Shown one piece after another: positions 20,631 to 30,302 of a DNA stretch of 52,218 bases. The notes beneath the pieces are model-generated. The model had not been told where the DNA came from, searched no databases, and worked only from the letters and a program-made list of their open reading frames with translations. A program made the translations under genes and the position numbers. Origin of the DNA: an uncultured Spartobacteria bacterium (lineage in GTDB: Bacteria > Verrucomicrobiota > Verrucomicrobiia > Chthoniobacterales > UBA6821); NCBI GenBank assembly GCA_903823215.1, contig CAIJRY010000142.1:1-52218 (forward strand), given 5' to 3'. Position 1 is the stretch's first letter; the number at the start of each line of letters is the position of its first letter.

Positions 20631-21470
20631 ATGGCATTAAAAACCTTTCGTCCTCTGACTCCATCGCAGCGCTTCAAGGCGCTGCCATCCTTTGAGGAGA
20701 TCACCAAGAGCAAGCCCGAGAAATCACTTGTTGAGAGCAAACACCGCACCGGCGGTCGTAACAACATGGGGCGCAAGACGTCCCGCCATCGTGGTGGTGG
20801 TCATAAGAAAAAATACCGTATCATTGATTTTAAGCGTTGCCGTCGTGATGCGGTCGCAGAAGTGATCGCCATCGAGTACGATCCGAACCGCAGTGCACGG
20901 CTTGCTCTCATTCAGTATCCTGACGGCGAAAAAGCCTACATTCTGGCAGCCAGTGGTCTGACCATCGGCCTTAAGGTCGCAGCCGGTGAAGCCGCAGAGC
21001 CCAATGTCGGCAATGCTCTTCCGCTCAAATCCATTCCGCTCGGTCTTGCAATTCACAACATCGAACTGATTCCGGGCAAAGGTGGGCAGATTGTTCGCAG
21101 TGCCGGATCGCAAGCAATTCTCAGCAACCGTGAAGGAGGCTTTGCTCTGCTTAAACTGGCCTCCGGCGAACTTCGCCGTGTCAACGAAGAGTGCTACGCA
21201 ACCATCGGACAGGTAGGGAACATTGAGCACATGAATGTCATCAGTGGAAAGGCAGGGCGATCCCGTTGGCTCGGTATACGGCCTCAAACCCGCGGTATGG
21301 CAATGAACCCAGTTGATCACCCGATGGGTGGTGGACAGGGCAAGAGTAAGGGAGGTGGCGGACGCCATCATCCCATGAGCCCATGGGGTCAGCTTTCCAA
21401 GGGCTTTAAGACCCGAGACAAACATAAACAAAGCGACCGATTCATCGTGCAGCGTCGCAAAAAGAAATAA
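20631..21470 (+). CDS. rplB: 50S ribosomal protein L2
   Basis: [21 protein letters not shown]...[11 protein letters not shown]. Confidence 0.96.
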   Translation: MALKTFRPLTPSQRFKALPSFEEITKSKPEKSLVESKHRTGGRNNMGRKTSRHRGGGHKKKYRIIDFKRCRRDAVAEVIAIEYDPNRSARLALIQYPDGEKAYILAASGLTIGLKVAAGEAAEPNVGNALPLKSIPLGLAIHNIELIPGKGGQIVRSAGSQAILSNREGGFALLKLASGELRRVNEECYATIGQVGNIEHMNVISGKAGRSRWLGIRPQTRGMAMNPVDHPMGGGQGKSKGGGGRHHPMSPWGQLSKGFKTRDKHKQSDRFIVQRRKKK

Positions 21471-21476
21471 TTTACT

Positions 21477-21755
21477 ATGGCACGCTCCCTAAAAAAAGGT
21501 CCGTTCGTCGAGTGGAAACTCCTCGAGAAGATCGATAAACTCAACGAGAACAACACCAAGAAGCCGATCAAGACTTGGTCTCGCCGTTCGACCGTGACCC
21601 CCGACTTTGTTGGCCACACATTCAATGTCCACAACGGGCGTTCTTTCATTCCTGTTTTCGTCACGGAAAACATGGTGGGTCACAAACTTGGAGAGTTTGC
21701 CCCCACCCGTATCTTTAAGAAACACGGATCTCATACCGCCAAGGTCACGAAGTAA
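21477..21755 (+). CDS. rpsS: 30S ribosomal protein S19
   Basis: [10 protein letters not shown]...[44 protein letters not shown]. Confidence 0.96.
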   Translation: MARSLKKGPFVEWKLLEKIDKLNENNTKKPIKTWSRRSTVTPDFVGHTFNVHNGRSFIPVFVTENMVGHKLGEFAPTRIFKKHGSHTAKVTK

Positions 21756-21780
21756 TCAAGATACTCACCAGTATTTTCGC

Positions 21781-22557
21781 ATGTCATTAACACGCCATAC
21801 AAGCCATCTGTCAGCGGTGACAGCAGCTGCCCTTGCCTCACTTGTGGGCATTCCGCTTGCTGCTGCCCTTGCGCAGAATTCGGTGGCTTCGAGTGTTGGT
21901 AGTGAAACTGCTGGAGCCGCTTCATTCCGTGAAAAACTCATCCTCTCGGAGGCTTCAATCAAGGGGCTGACCGAGAGTCTTGCCGTTGCCAATGGAGAGA
22001 CTGAACTCTTCAAGCGCAAGTACGATGATCTCAACTTGCGCGTCGAGGCTTTGGGTATCGCTCCTGCAGGCAAGGAGGAAGAGACTCTACGCACCCGTCT
22101 TTTGGCGGCGGTTCGCGATATGCGGCTATTGCAGAAAGAAAATGATGTCACGCGCGAACAGATGGTTCGCCTCACCGAGGTGGTGATGGATCTGTTGAAA
22201 ACTTCGGATGGCATTGATGCCAAGACCCGCCTCAAGGTAGAACAGGAATTGCGCGCATCGGCCGCGCTCACCGCATCCAGGAGCAGCGCTGTAGCCACAA
22301 CCGGTACTGTTGGGCTGACAAGCGGAATGGTTGTGGATTACAAGCCTGATCTCGCTCTTGTTGTCGCCAATCTTGGTGCCCGTCAGGGAGTCAAGACCGG
22401 TATGCCCTTTCAAATCTGGCACGGAGACAGACAAGTTGCCTCTGCCAGGGTTGTGGATGTGCGGGACGCCATCAGCGGCGCCATCGTGCAGAATACAATA
22501 TCCACTTCCGACACAGTCAAGGCGGGAGACACCTTCCGTATCGATACCACCCGCTGA
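21781..22557 (+). CDS. hypothetical exported coiled-coil protein embedded in the S10 operon
   Basis: 258 codons from ATG 21781. The listed ORF start at 21607 overlaps rpsS and was rejected. The protein has a signal peptide (...AAALA/QN), a long charged helical region and a C-terminal beta-rich module (VVDYKPDLALVVANLGARQGVKTGMPFQIW...VVDVRDAISGAIVQ...VKAGDTFRI). It fills the whole rpsS-rplV gap on the same strand, with no flanking terminators. Confidence 0.6.
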   Translation: MSLTRHTSHLSAVTAAALASLVGIPLAAALAQNSVASSVGSETAGAASFREKLILSEASIKGLTESLAVANGETELFKRKYDDLNLRVEALGIAPAGKEEETLRTRLLAAVRDMRLLQKENDVTREQMVRLTEVVMDLLKTSDGIDAKTRLKVEQELRASAALTASRSSAVATTGTVGLTSGMVVDYKPDLALVVANLGARQGVKTGMPFQIWHGDRQVASARVVDVRDAISGAIVQNTISTSDTVKAGDTFRIDTTR

Positions 22558-22589
22558 TTCAAAAAACTTTACGAACGAATTTTCTAACC

Positions 22590-23060
22590 ATGCAAGTCAT
22601 CGCCACCCACCGTTACGCGCGCATCTCCGCCTTTAAGGCCCGTGAGGTTACCCGTGAGATTCAAGGCCTGCCGGCCGTTGATGCCCTCCAGCAGCTTGGA
22701 TTCATACCTAAGAAAGCAGCCCCATTGATTGCAAAGACTCTCAAGAGTGCGATCGCCAACGCCGAGCATAACAATAATGTGCGGGCTGAGCTTCTGGTCA
22801 TCAAGGAGGCTGTGATCGGTGAGGCCCCTACAATCAAACGGATCCGTCCCAAGGCCCGTGGAAGCGCAGGCCCTGTTCGCAAGCGCAACAGCCACATTCG
22901 TATTGTCCTGACCGACGAAGTACCGATCGTGCGGCGTGCGGATAAGGTAGCCAAAGCTGGCAGATCCAAAGTTTCCAAAAAATCAAAAGCCGAACATCAA
23001 CCGGTTCCAGCCACTCCAGAAGTAACGAATCTTGAAGTAACAGGGGAATCTGCATCCTAA
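22590..23060 (+). CDS. rplV: 50S ribosomal protein L22
   Basis: RYARISAFKAREV.R.I.G......L.F.P.KAA....K.L.SA.ANAE.N core, with a roughly 45-aa low-complexity C-terminal extension. Confidence 0.94.
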   Translation: MQVIATHRYARISAFKAREVTREIQGLPAVDALQQLGFIPKKAAPLIAKTLKSAIANAEHNNNVRAELLVIKEAVIGEAPTIKRIRPKARGSAGPVRKRNSHIRIVLTDEVPIVRRADKVAKAGRSKVSKKSKAEHQPVPATPEVTNLEVTGESAS

Positions 23061-23095
23061 GCCTCTCAGCCTACAAGCCAACCGAACAATAAATT

Positions 23096-23821
23096 ATGGG
23101 ACAAAAAGTCAACCCAATCGGCTTCCGCCTTCCGATCACCCGTGATTGGACCTCACGCTGGTATGCCAACGAGAAAGAATTTGCCGATTTCCTTTATGCA
23201 GATCAGTTGATCCGTGGCTGGCTCAAGAAGAAACTCAAGACTGCCGCTGTATCGCGAATCGTGATTGAACGAGCATGGAACAGTGTGCGCGTGACAATTT
23301 TCACCGCCCGGCCTGGCATTGTGATCGGACGCAAAGGGTCCGAAATTGAGACCATGACCAAAGAGGTCTCGCGCCTCGCAGGTGGTAAACAGGCAAAAAT
23401 TGATATTATTGAAATCAAGCAACCGGAATTGGATGCCACGCTTGTTGCTGAAAGTGTTGCGGGTCAACTGGAACGCCGTATCGGATTCCGTCGTGCCATG
23501 AAAAAAGCGATGCAGATTGCAATGGACATGGGTGCCGACGGTATCAAGATCCGTGCAAGCGGTCGTCTTGGCGGTGCTGAAATCGCACGAACAGAGGTAG
23601 TTCGCAATGGGACGATACCCCTTCATACGCTCCGCACCAATATCGATTACGGATTTGCCGAGGCTGACACCATTGCAGGAAAAATCGGCGTCAAATGCTG
23701 GATTTGCAAAAAGCCAGAGAAGCCCGTTGAGGCGGAAAATCAATCCAGAGATGCGGCGTCTGCTGGCAGTCGCTCAGTTTCCAACCGAGATGCCCAGGCT
23801 CCCGCCGAGGCAGTTGCCTAA
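23096..23821 (+). CDS. rpsC: 30S ribosomal protein S3
   Basis: [12 protein letters not shown]....W.S.W.A, KH domain GRKG.EIE, and [11 protein letters not shown]....G..PLHTLR..IDYG. Confidence 0.96.
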   Translation: MGQKVNPIGFRLPITRDWTSRWYANEKEFADFLYADQLIRGWLKKKLKTAAVSRIVIERAWNSVRVTIFTARPGIVIGRKGSEIETMTKEVSRLAGGKQAKIDIIEIKQPELDATLVAESVAGQLERRIGFRRAMKKAMQIAMDMGADGIKIRASGRLGGAEIARTEVVRNGTIPLHTLRTNIDYGFAEADTIAGKIGVKCWICKKPEKPVEAENQSRDAASAGSRSVSNRDAQAPAEAVA

Positions 23822-23842
23822 TTATTTTCAAGGAGAACAGTC

Positions 23843-24262
23843 ATGCCTTTGCTACCCAAAAGAGTTAAGTATCGCAAGACCCAGCGCGGAAGTCGCACTG
23901 GCATCGCTTCGCGCAACATCAATATTGATTTTGGTGAATTTGGTCTTCAGACCCTAGAAAGGGCATGGATCACCAACACCCAGATTGAAGCTGCCCGTGT
24001 TGCTCTCACTCGTAACATGAAGAGAAAGGGTAAGCTCTGGATCCGCATTTTTCCCGACAAGTCAGTGACAGCTCGCCCGCCAGAGACGCGTATGGGTAAA
24101 GGCAAGGGCCAGCCTGAGTATTGGGTTGCGACGGTGCGGCCTGGAAACATCCTCTTTGAACTTGATGGCATCCCTGAGTCGGTCGCACGTGAATCTCTGC
24201 GCCTAGCAGCTAATAAACTGCCGATCCGTACGAAGTTCATCACTCGTCACCACGCTTCCTAA
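23843..24262 (+). CDS. rplP: 50S ribosomal protein L16
   Basis: [15 protein letters not shown]...G...RN..I.FGEFGLQ...RMGKGKG.PEYWVA.V.PG.ILFE. Confidence 0.96.
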   Translation: MPLLPKRVKYRKTQRGSRTGIASRNINIDFGEFGLQTLERAWITNTQIEAARVALTRNMKRKGKLWIRIFPDKSVTARPPETRMGKGKGQPEYWVATVRPGNILFELDGIPESVARESLRLAANKLPIRTKFITRHHAS

Positions 24263-24287
24263 GCACTTTTAACAACAGGATCCGAAT

Positions 24288-24482
24288 ATGACTCTTGACG
24301 AAATCCGCGAATTGACGCCTAATGAGCTTTCTTCCCGTAAAAAGGAACTGCGCCAGGAGATATTCCATCTCCGCTTACAGCAGCAGGCTGGTCAGCTTGA
24401 AAAGCCTCATCTACTGCGCACTTTGCGCCGTGAAATTGCCCGGCTTGAAACCGTACTGACGGCCAAATCCAAGGCACAGTAA
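24288..24482 (+). CDS. rpmC: 50S ribosomal protein L29
   Basis: 64 aa with EIRELTPNEL....KEL.QE.F.LR.Q.A.GQLE.PH.L....R.IAR..TVL. Confidence 0.93.
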   Translation: MTLDEIRELTPNELSSRKKELRQEIFHLRLQQQAGQLEKPHLLRTLRREIARLETVLTAKSKAQ

Positions 24483-24528
24483 GAAGAACAAGCATCCAGC
24501 CCTGCACCATTTACATTAGGCCACAGCC

Positions 24529-24822
24529 ATGAACGACACCGCAATTCAAACACCATCCGAATCCCCAGCCGTCGCATCACGAGGTCTACGCAAGACCCGT
24601 GTCGGTGAAGTGATCTCTGACAAGATGGACAAGACCATTGTGGTCAAGTCCATCACTCGTGTTCCTCATCCCCTTTTTGGAAAAATCGTCAAGCAGGTGA
24701 AGAAATTCCATGTGCATGATGAGAAGAACGAGGCCAAAATCGGAGATCGCGTATCGATCGCAGAGACCCGTCCACTGAGCCGTCTCAAGCGCTGGCGCCT
24801 TGTCGAGGTGATCCGTCACTAA
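24529..24822 (+). CDS. rpsQ: 30S ribosomal protein S17
   Basis: [16 protein letters not shown]......HPLFGK.VK..KKF.VHDE.NEAKIGD.V.I.ETRPLS..KRW.LVEV. Confidence 0.94.
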   Translation: MNDTAIQTPSESPAVASRGLRKTRVGEVISDKMDKTIVVKSITRVPHPLFGKIVKQVKKFHVHDEKNEAKIGDRVSIAETRPLSRLKRWRLVEVIRH

Positions 24823-24871
24823 GCCGCAACTCAATTTTTAAGGAAAACCTTCTTTACAGGAACCAACTCCC

Positions 24872-25237
24872 ATGATCCAGATTCGCTCCCGCCTTGATGT
24901 TGCCGACAATACCGGTGCTCGCATGGCAACCATGATCGGTGTAATTGGCAAGCGCACACTCGTCGCCCGCGTTGGTGATGTGATCACAGCCAATGTCAAA
25001 GAGGCTGCCACAGGCGGCACCGTCAAAAAAGGTGATGTTGTCCGCGCTGTCGTCGTTCGCACAAGACAGCCAGTTCGCCGGGAGGATGGTTCGTATCTGC
25101 GATTCGACAGCAATGCCATTGTAATCATTGACAAGGATCTCAATCCACGCGGCACCCGTATCTTCGGCCCTGTCGCACGCGAACTCCGTGAAAAGAACTT
25201 CATGAAGATCGTTTCACTGGCCCCGGAAGTCCTCTAG
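24872..25237 (+). CDS. rplN: 50S ribosomal protein L14
   Basis: [17 protein letters not shown].......G....A.VGDVI...VKEA...G.VKKGDVV.AVVVRT. Confidence 0.96.
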   Translation: MIQIRSRLDVADNTGARMATMIGVIGKRTLVARVGDVITANVKEAATGGTVKKGDVVRAVVVRTRQPVRREDGSYLRFDSNAIVIIDKDLNPRGTRIFGPVARELREKNFMKIVSLAPEVL

Positions 25238-25251
25238 TATTTTTTCAGACC

Positions 25252-25614
25252 ATGCCCGCTCTTCAGCTCATAAAAACTCATGTTCACGCCGGTGACCTTG
25301 TCAAGGTCATCTCAGGAAACCATCGTGGCTCCGAAGGTAAGATCCTGCAGGTAAATCGTGCCAAACACCAAGTTGTCATCGAGGGGGTTCGCATGATCAA
25401 GAAACATGTGAAGCGTTCGCAGGAACAGCCCAACGGTGCGATTATCGAGCGCGAGGGGCCTATTCATATTTCCAATGTGAAGCTTATCGAAAAGAAAGCC
25501 TCTTCTTCGGCCTCAGTCAAGGAAGCCAAGGTGAGTAAACCCGCCAAGGAAAAGAATACGCCCAAGCCCAAGGTTCCTAAGGCACCTAAAGCTGCCAAGC
25601 CCACAGTCGAATAA
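25252..25614 (+). CDS. rplX: 50S ribosomal protein L24
   Basis: KOW-type core GDLVKVISGNHRGSEGKILQV......V.IEGV.M.KKH.K, with a Lys/Pro/Ala-rich C-terminal extension. Confidence 0.93.
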   Translation: MPALQLIKTHVHAGDLVKVISGNHRGSEGKILQVNRAKHQVVIEGVRMIKKHVKRSQEQPNGAIIEREGPIHISNVKLIEKKASSSASVKEAKVSKPAKEKNTPKPKVPKAPKAAKPTVE

Positions 25615-25625
25615 GTTAATCTGCC

Positions 25626-26237
25626 ATGTCACTTCCAATTGCCGAACTTCAGAACGAATACACCACGCGTGTCATTCCTGCGCTTAAAGAAAAGCGCGGC
25701 TACAACAATGTCCATCAGGTTCCCCGTTTGGTGAAGGTGGTAATCAATACATCCATCGCTTCTGCGCCCGATGTAAAGGCCGCCTTGGAAATTGCCAAAG
25801 ATGAATTGGAACTCATCACGGGCCAGAAACCCGTCGAGACGATCGCCAAGAAGGCGATTTCCAATTTCAAGCTTCGGGCCGGACAACCGATCGGAGCAAA
25901 AGTCACCCTGCGCGGCCGAATTATGTATGAATTCCTTGAGCGCCTGATTAAGACGGCACTTCCCAGAATCCGTGATTTTCGTGGGGTATCCGGCCGTGCA
26001 TTTGACGGCAACGGCAACTACACACTTGGTGTGGCTGACCAGTCCATCTTTCCCGAAGTGGAGCTTGATAAAATCAAGCGAAACATAGGCTTTGACATCA
26101 CCATCGTGACTTCCGCGACAAATAACGACGAAGCCCGGGCCCTGCTTACAGAGCTAGGTGTTCCCTTTGTCGGTCGTAATGCCAAGAAAGCAGAAAAGAC
26201 TGCCGAGGCTGCCGAAGAAACTGCAACCGCCGCCTGA
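25626..26237 (+). CDS. rplE: 50S ribosomal protein L5
   Basis: NVHQVPRL.KVV.N......A......A..EL..ITGQKP.......AI.NFKLR.G.PIG.KVTLRG..MYEFL.RL, with an acidic/Ala-rich C-terminal extension. Confidence 0.95.
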   Translation: MSLPIAELQNEYTTRVIPALKEKRGYNNVHQVPRLVKVVINTSIASAPDVKAALEIAKDELELITGQKPVETIAKKAISNFKLRAGQPIGAKVTLRGRIMYEFLERLIKTALPRIRDFRGVSGRAFDGNGNYTLGVADQSIFPEVELDKIKRNIGFDITIVTSATNNDEARALLTELGVPFVGRNAKKAEKTAEAAEETATAA

Positions 26238-26242
26238 TATTC

Positions 26243-26641
26243 ATGAGTGCCCTGACCGATCCCATAGCCGATCTTCTTACCCGAGTCCGCAACGCTGTAA
26301 GCGTTCAGAAGGTGGAGTTCTTTGTACCCTATTCCAAGATCAAAAGCGATATCGTCGCTATTCTGAAACGAGAGGGTTATATTGAAGACTACGAACTTGA
26401 CAATCAGGAGTCTCATCCACGCATCAAGGTGCGCCCCCGTTATGTAGGCAAGACACCCGCAATCGCAGGCCTCCGTAGAATCAGCCGCCCTGGGCTCCGC
26501 CGTTATGTTGGGAGCGAAGAAATTCCCCGTGTTCTCGGTGGATTGGGAATTTCGATCATTTCCACTTCCCGTGGAGTTCTTTCCGGACACGAAGCCCGCA
26601 AGCAGAAAGTCGGCGGCGAACTCCTCGCCTACATCTGGTAG
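26243..26641 (+). CDS. rpsH: 30S ribosomal protein S8
   Basis: LTDPIADLLTR.RNA.....V..P.SK.K..I..ILK.EGYI.D...ISTS.GV......R...VGGE.L.Y.W. Confidence 0.96.
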   Translation: MSALTDPIADLLTRVRNAVSVQKVEFFVPYSKIKSDIVAILKREGYIEDYELDNQESHPRIKVRPRYVGKTPAIAGLRRISRPGLRRYVGSEEIPRVLGGLGISIISTSRGVLSGHEARKQKVGGELLAYIW

Positions 26642-26665
26642 TCAATTCTGTTAACACCCACTCTC

Positions 26666-27205
26666 ATGTCACGAATCGGTAAAACACCAATCACTCTCCC
26701 CGCCGGAGTCAAAGTCGCCTTGGAACAAGGCGGCAAAGTTACGGTAGAAGGATCCAAGGGCAAGTTAAGCTGGGAGCTTCCTTCCGGTATCACTGCTTCC
26801 GTGGAGGGAAACACCCTCACGGTCAGCCGTGCCAATGAAGATCGCTCCGTTCGCGCCCTTCATGGTCTTGCCCGGGCCCTACTCAACAACATGGTCACCG
26901 GAGTCAGTCAGGGATTTCGTCGTGAGCTTGAGATTCAGGGGGTTGGTTTCCGTGCCGCCGTCAAAGGGGATAAGCTCGATCTTTCAGTTGGTTACTCCCA
27001 TCCGATTCTCTTTGAGATTCCCAAAGAGATCAAGGTGGCCGTCACCGATAACACCAAAATCTCTATCGAGGGGATCGACAAGCATCTCGTGGGTCAAGTA
27101 GCGGCAGATATCCGCGCCTATTATCCACCCGAACCTTACAAAGGAAAGGGTATACGCTACGCTGGCGAAGTTGTTCGCCGGAAAGAGGGCAAGACCGTTC
27201 AATAA
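26666..27205 (+). CDS. rplF: 50S ribosomal protein L6
   Basis: MSRIGK.PI..P.GV.V......V.V.G.KG.L......GVGFRA...G..L.L..GYSHPI......YPPEPYKGKGIRY.GE.V.RK.GK. Confidence 0.96.
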   Translation: MSRIGKTPITLPAGVKVALEQGGKVTVEGSKGKLSWELPSGITASVEGNTLTVSRANEDRSVRALHGLARALLNNMVTGVSQGFRRELEIQGVGFRAAVKGDKLDLSVGYSHPILFEIPKEIKVAVTDNTKISIEGIDKHLVGQVAADIRAYYPPEPYKGKGIRYAGEVVRRKEGKTVQ

Positions 27206-27238
27206 TCACAAGTCCAGTAATCACCGGAAGCATATATC

Positions 27239-27595
27239 ATGTCCGCCATCAATTCACGCAAACTGCGTCACATCAGACTTCGCAAAAAGGTATCCGGCAC
27301 CCCGGAGCGCCCTCGTCTGGCCATTCATTTTTCGGGACAGCATATCACCGCCCAGGTCATCGACGATCTTGCCGGTGCCACTCTGGCCAGCGTCAATACA
27401 ACAGAAGAGTCATTCCGCAAGGATTCCAACAGTCGCGCAAATGTCGCCACTGCTGTCAAAGTTGGTAAACTGATCGCCGAACGCGGTCTTGCCAACAAGG
27501 TTGAAAAGGTTGTGTTTGATCGCGGTGGATTCCACTATCATGGCAAGGTTAAAGCCTTGGCCGACGCCGCCCGTGAAGGCGGACTCCAGTTTTAA
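27239..27595 (+). CDS. rplR: 50S ribosomal protein L18
   Basis: R..RIR.K..GT.ERPRL....S..HI.AQVIDD.....LAS......[24 protein letters not shown]. Confidence 0.95.
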   Translation: MSAINSRKLRHIRLRKKVSGTPERPRLAIHFSGQHITAQVIDDLAGATLASVNTTEESFRKDSNSRANVATAVKVGKLIAERGLANKVEKVVFDRGGFHYHGKVKALADAAREGGLQF

Positions 27596-27618
27596 TATTC
27601 CCTAACTTCCTACTTCTC

Positions 27619-28176
27619 ATGGCCGAAAAACCAAACAAACGCGGACCTCGCCGGGACAAACCCGCAGACGATACTCCAAAAGACACGATCGAAAAAGTCG
27701 TATTCATCAACCGCTGTGCCAAGGTCGTCAAAGGTGGACGCCGTTTCAGCTTCAGTGCCCTTATCGTGACGGGCGACATGAAGGGGCGTGTAGGCATTGG
27801 ATTTGGCAAGGCCAATGAAGTGAGCGAAGCAATCCGCAAGGGATCTGACGCAGCCCGCAAAGCAATGGTTCCTGTTTCCATTTCCGAGAATACAATTCCT
27901 CACGAAGTCATCGGGGAATTTGGTGGTGGTCGAGTCCTTCTTCGCCCTGCATCACCTGGAACGGGGGTGATCGCCGGAGGTGGCGTTCGCGCCGTGATCG
28001 AGGCTGCTGGCATACGCGATGTCCTTGCCAAGTCGCTTGGTTCAAGCAATCACTCCAATGTCGTCAAGGCAACCCTCTCCGCTCTTACCAGCCTGCGTCC
28101 ACGCGCTGAGATCATGAAACTCCGTGGGAAGAAAATCCGTACTGCTGAAACTGCTGTTGAGGCAGTTGCTGCCTGA
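27619..28176 (+). CDS. rpsE: 30S ribosomal protein S5
   Basis: [32 protein letters not shown]...AGI.D.L.KSLGS.N..N.V.AT. Confidence 0.95.
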   Translation: MAEKPNKRGPRRDKPADDTPKDTIEKVVFINRCAKVVKGGRRFSFSALIVTGDMKGRVGIGFGKANEVSEAIRKGSDAARKAMVPVSISENTIPHEVIGEFGGGRVLLRPASPGTGVIAGGGVRAVIEAAGIRDVLAKSLGSSNHSNVVKATLSALTSLRPRAEIMKLRGKKIRTAETAVEAVAA

Positions 28177-28214
28177 TTAAACAGACGCGTTCAAACTTGT
28201 AACATATTATACTC

Positions 28215-28733
28215 ATGCGACTTCATAATCTCGCCCCCCGTCCCGGTGCCAAGCACCGGCGTAAGCGCCTTGGTTGCGGTGAAAGCAGCGGCCACGGAAA
28301 GACATCCGGCCGTGGTCACAAAGGCCAGAAAGCCCGTTCCGGTGGAAGTGTCCGTCTGGGATTCGAGGGTGGCCAGATGCCCTTGATTCGTCGTCTTCCC
28401 AAACGCGGATTCAACAATACCGATTTTAAACCTGTTTATGCCGTGGTCAATCTCGACACATTGGAAGAGCGCTTTGAAGCCGGAGCCCGCATTGATGAGA
28501 CCGCGCTCCGAGCCATTCGTTTAGTGCATGGCCGCAATGACGGGATCAAGCTTCTGGCCCGTGGCACGGTGACCAAATCGTTCACCGTTGAAGTGGACAA
28601 ATCAAGTGCTGCGGCCCGTGAGAAGCTTGAACAAGCTGGCGGATCGCTTGTCCTGCGTGAACCCAAGCTTAAAAAAACCAAGCTTGAGACCAAGGCAGCC
28701 AAGTCCGCCGAAAGAACAGCAAAGGCAGCCTAA
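28215..28733 (+). CDS. rplO: 50S ribosomal protein L15
   Basis: MRLHNL.P..GA...RKR.G.G.SSG.GKTSGRG.KGQKARSG......FEGGQMPL.RRLPKRGF.N. Confidence 0.95.
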   Translation: MRLHNLAPRPGAKHRRKRLGCGESSGHGKTSGRGHKGQKARSGGSVRLGFEGGQMPLIRRLPKRGFNNTDFKPVYAVVNLDTLEERFEAGARIDETALRAIRLVHGRNDGIKLLARGTVTKSFTVEVDKSSAAAREKLEQAGGSLVLREPKLKKTKLETKAAKSAERTAKAA

Positions 28734-28790
28734 AGCAGCCTTTTATCTCTGGGAGGCTTTTTTCATCAGAAGCATACCCGGAACGCAACA

Positions 28791-30293
28791 ATGATTTCGG
28801 CCTTTGCCAACATATTCAAGATTCCCGAGCTGAGACAACGCGTTCTCTTCACGCTCGGTATGATCGTGATCATGCGAATTGGCGCCGCAATCACCACGCC
28901 TGGTGTGAATGCCATGGTCTTGCGGGATTGGTTCCTTAATGTTGCGGATGCAAAGGTCGGTGGCGGTGTGGCTGCTCTCTTTAACCTATTCTCCGGTGGG
29001 GCCCTAGGAAACTGCGCAATTTTCTCTCTGGGCATCATGCCCTACATCAGTGCCTCCATCATGCTTCAGCTTCTGGGGGCTGTGATACCCAAGCTTGGCC
29101 GACTTGCCCGAGAAGACGGCGGTCGCCAAAAAATCGCCCAGTACACGCGCTACACCACGATATTACTGTGTCTCTTTCAGGGGTGGCTGCTCGCTCTTTC
29201 GTTTGAGAGTCCCCAATCAAATCCATTTCTTCCAGGGATTTCAGAAACGATCGCACGGCTTGGCATTCCTCTGGTCGCTGATCCAGGCTTCCCGTTCCGC
29301 CTTCTTACCGTTTTGGTAATGACGGCCGGCACCCTCTTTCTCATGTGGATGGGGGATCAGATTACGGAACGCGGGATTGGAAACGGTATCTCTGTGATCA
29401 TTACGATTGGTATATTGGCTCAGCTTCCAGCAGGTCTGGTGCAGGCATGGCGCACTTTTGTCCCTACGAGTGGGGAAACGTCCAATGTTAGCCCCGTTGT
29501 GCTGGTGATTTTATGCGCATTTCTCTTTATCGTGATTGCGTCGGTCATTGCGGTGACGCAGGCAACGCGACGAATTAGCGTACAGTATGCCAAAAGGGTT
29601 GTTGGCCGTAAGGTTTATGGCGGTCAGACACAGTATATGCCCCTCAAGGTAAATTACTCCGGTGTTATGCCAATTATTTTTGCGCAGGCAATACTCATGT
29701 TTCCTTCTCAAATATTGAGCATGGCATTCGGTCACAAGGGTTGGGCCGTCGAGCTGGCAAATCTGCTGACCAACGGCTGGCTTCATTATCTTCTCTATGC
29801 CCTGTTGATTTTCAGTTTCAGCTACTTCTGGGTCGCCACACAGTTTCAGCCGGCACAGATTGCCGATGATCTCAAGAAGAACGGTGGTTTTATACCCGGA
29901 GTTCGCCCTGGGAAACCTACTGCTGAATTTCTCGATTATACGATGGGCAGGCTTACATTTGCTGGGGCTCTCTTCCTTGTCATCATCGCAGTGTTGCCTC
30001 AACTCCTGAGTCGAGCCCTTCAGGTTCCGTATATGGCCGCACAATTCTTCGGCGGAACCGGTTTGCTCATTATCGTCGGCGTGACCCTTGACACCATGCG
30101 TCAGGTGGAGACCTACCTCCTTCAGCGGCATTACGATGGATTCTTGCGAAAAGGCAAGTTGCGTGGTCGTAGCGGGGCCCGTCCATCAGTAAGCGGGTCT
30201 GCGGTCAGTGATACATCGCTGGTCTGGCTATTTGCAGGACTAGGACTATTTGTTATCGCGGGAGTGACGATTGTCCTCACCCGCCATCACTAA
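28791..30293 (+). CDS. secY: preprotein translocase subunit SecY (with an extra C-terminal hydrophobic segment)
   Basis: PELR.R.LFTLG...R.G..I..PG, LF.LGIMPYISASI..QLL, and ten TM segments. The operon position after rplO supports the call. At 500 aa it is longer than typical. Confidence 0.95.
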   Translation: MISAFANIFKIPELRQRVLFTLGMIVIMRIGAAITTPGVNAMVLRDWFLNVADAKVGGGVAALFNLFSGGALGNCAIFSLGIMPYISASIMLQLLGAVIPKLGRLAREDGGRQKIAQYTRYTTILLCLFQGWLLALSFESPQSNPFLPGISETIARLGIPLVADPGFPFRLLTVLVMTAGTLFLMWMGDQITERGIGNGISVIITIGILAQLPAGLVQAWRTFVPTSGETSNVSPVVLVILCAFLFIVIASVIAVTQATRRISVQYAKRVVGRKVYGGQTQYMPLKVNYSGVMPIIFAQAILMFPSQILSMAFGHKGWAVELANLLTNGWLHYLLYALLIFSFSYFWVATQFQPAQIADDLKKNGGFIPGVRPGKPTAEFLDYTMGRLTFAGALFLVIIAVLPQLLSRALQVPYMAAQFFGGTGLLIIVGVTLDTMRQVETYLLQRHYDGFLRKGKLRGRSGARPSVSGSAVSDTSLVWLFAGLGLFVIAGVTIVLTRHH

Positions 30294-30302
30294 GAAAGTC
30301 GG

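Noticed and set aside
20724-21431. 235-aa antisense ORF within rplB
   Set aside because: It lies antisense to a clearly conserved L2 gene and has no motifs.
21607-21780. Upstream 58 codons of the listed ORF 21607..22557
   Set aside because: This part overlaps rpsS out of frame. The ATG at 21781 gives a proper signal peptide and a 25-bp spacer after rpsS.
28734-28790. Weak hairpin (AGCCT..AGGCT plus a T-run) between rplO and secY
   Set aside because: The stem is only 5 bp with a 12-nt loop. A terminator inside the spc operon before secY is unlikely, so at most it is a weak attenuator.
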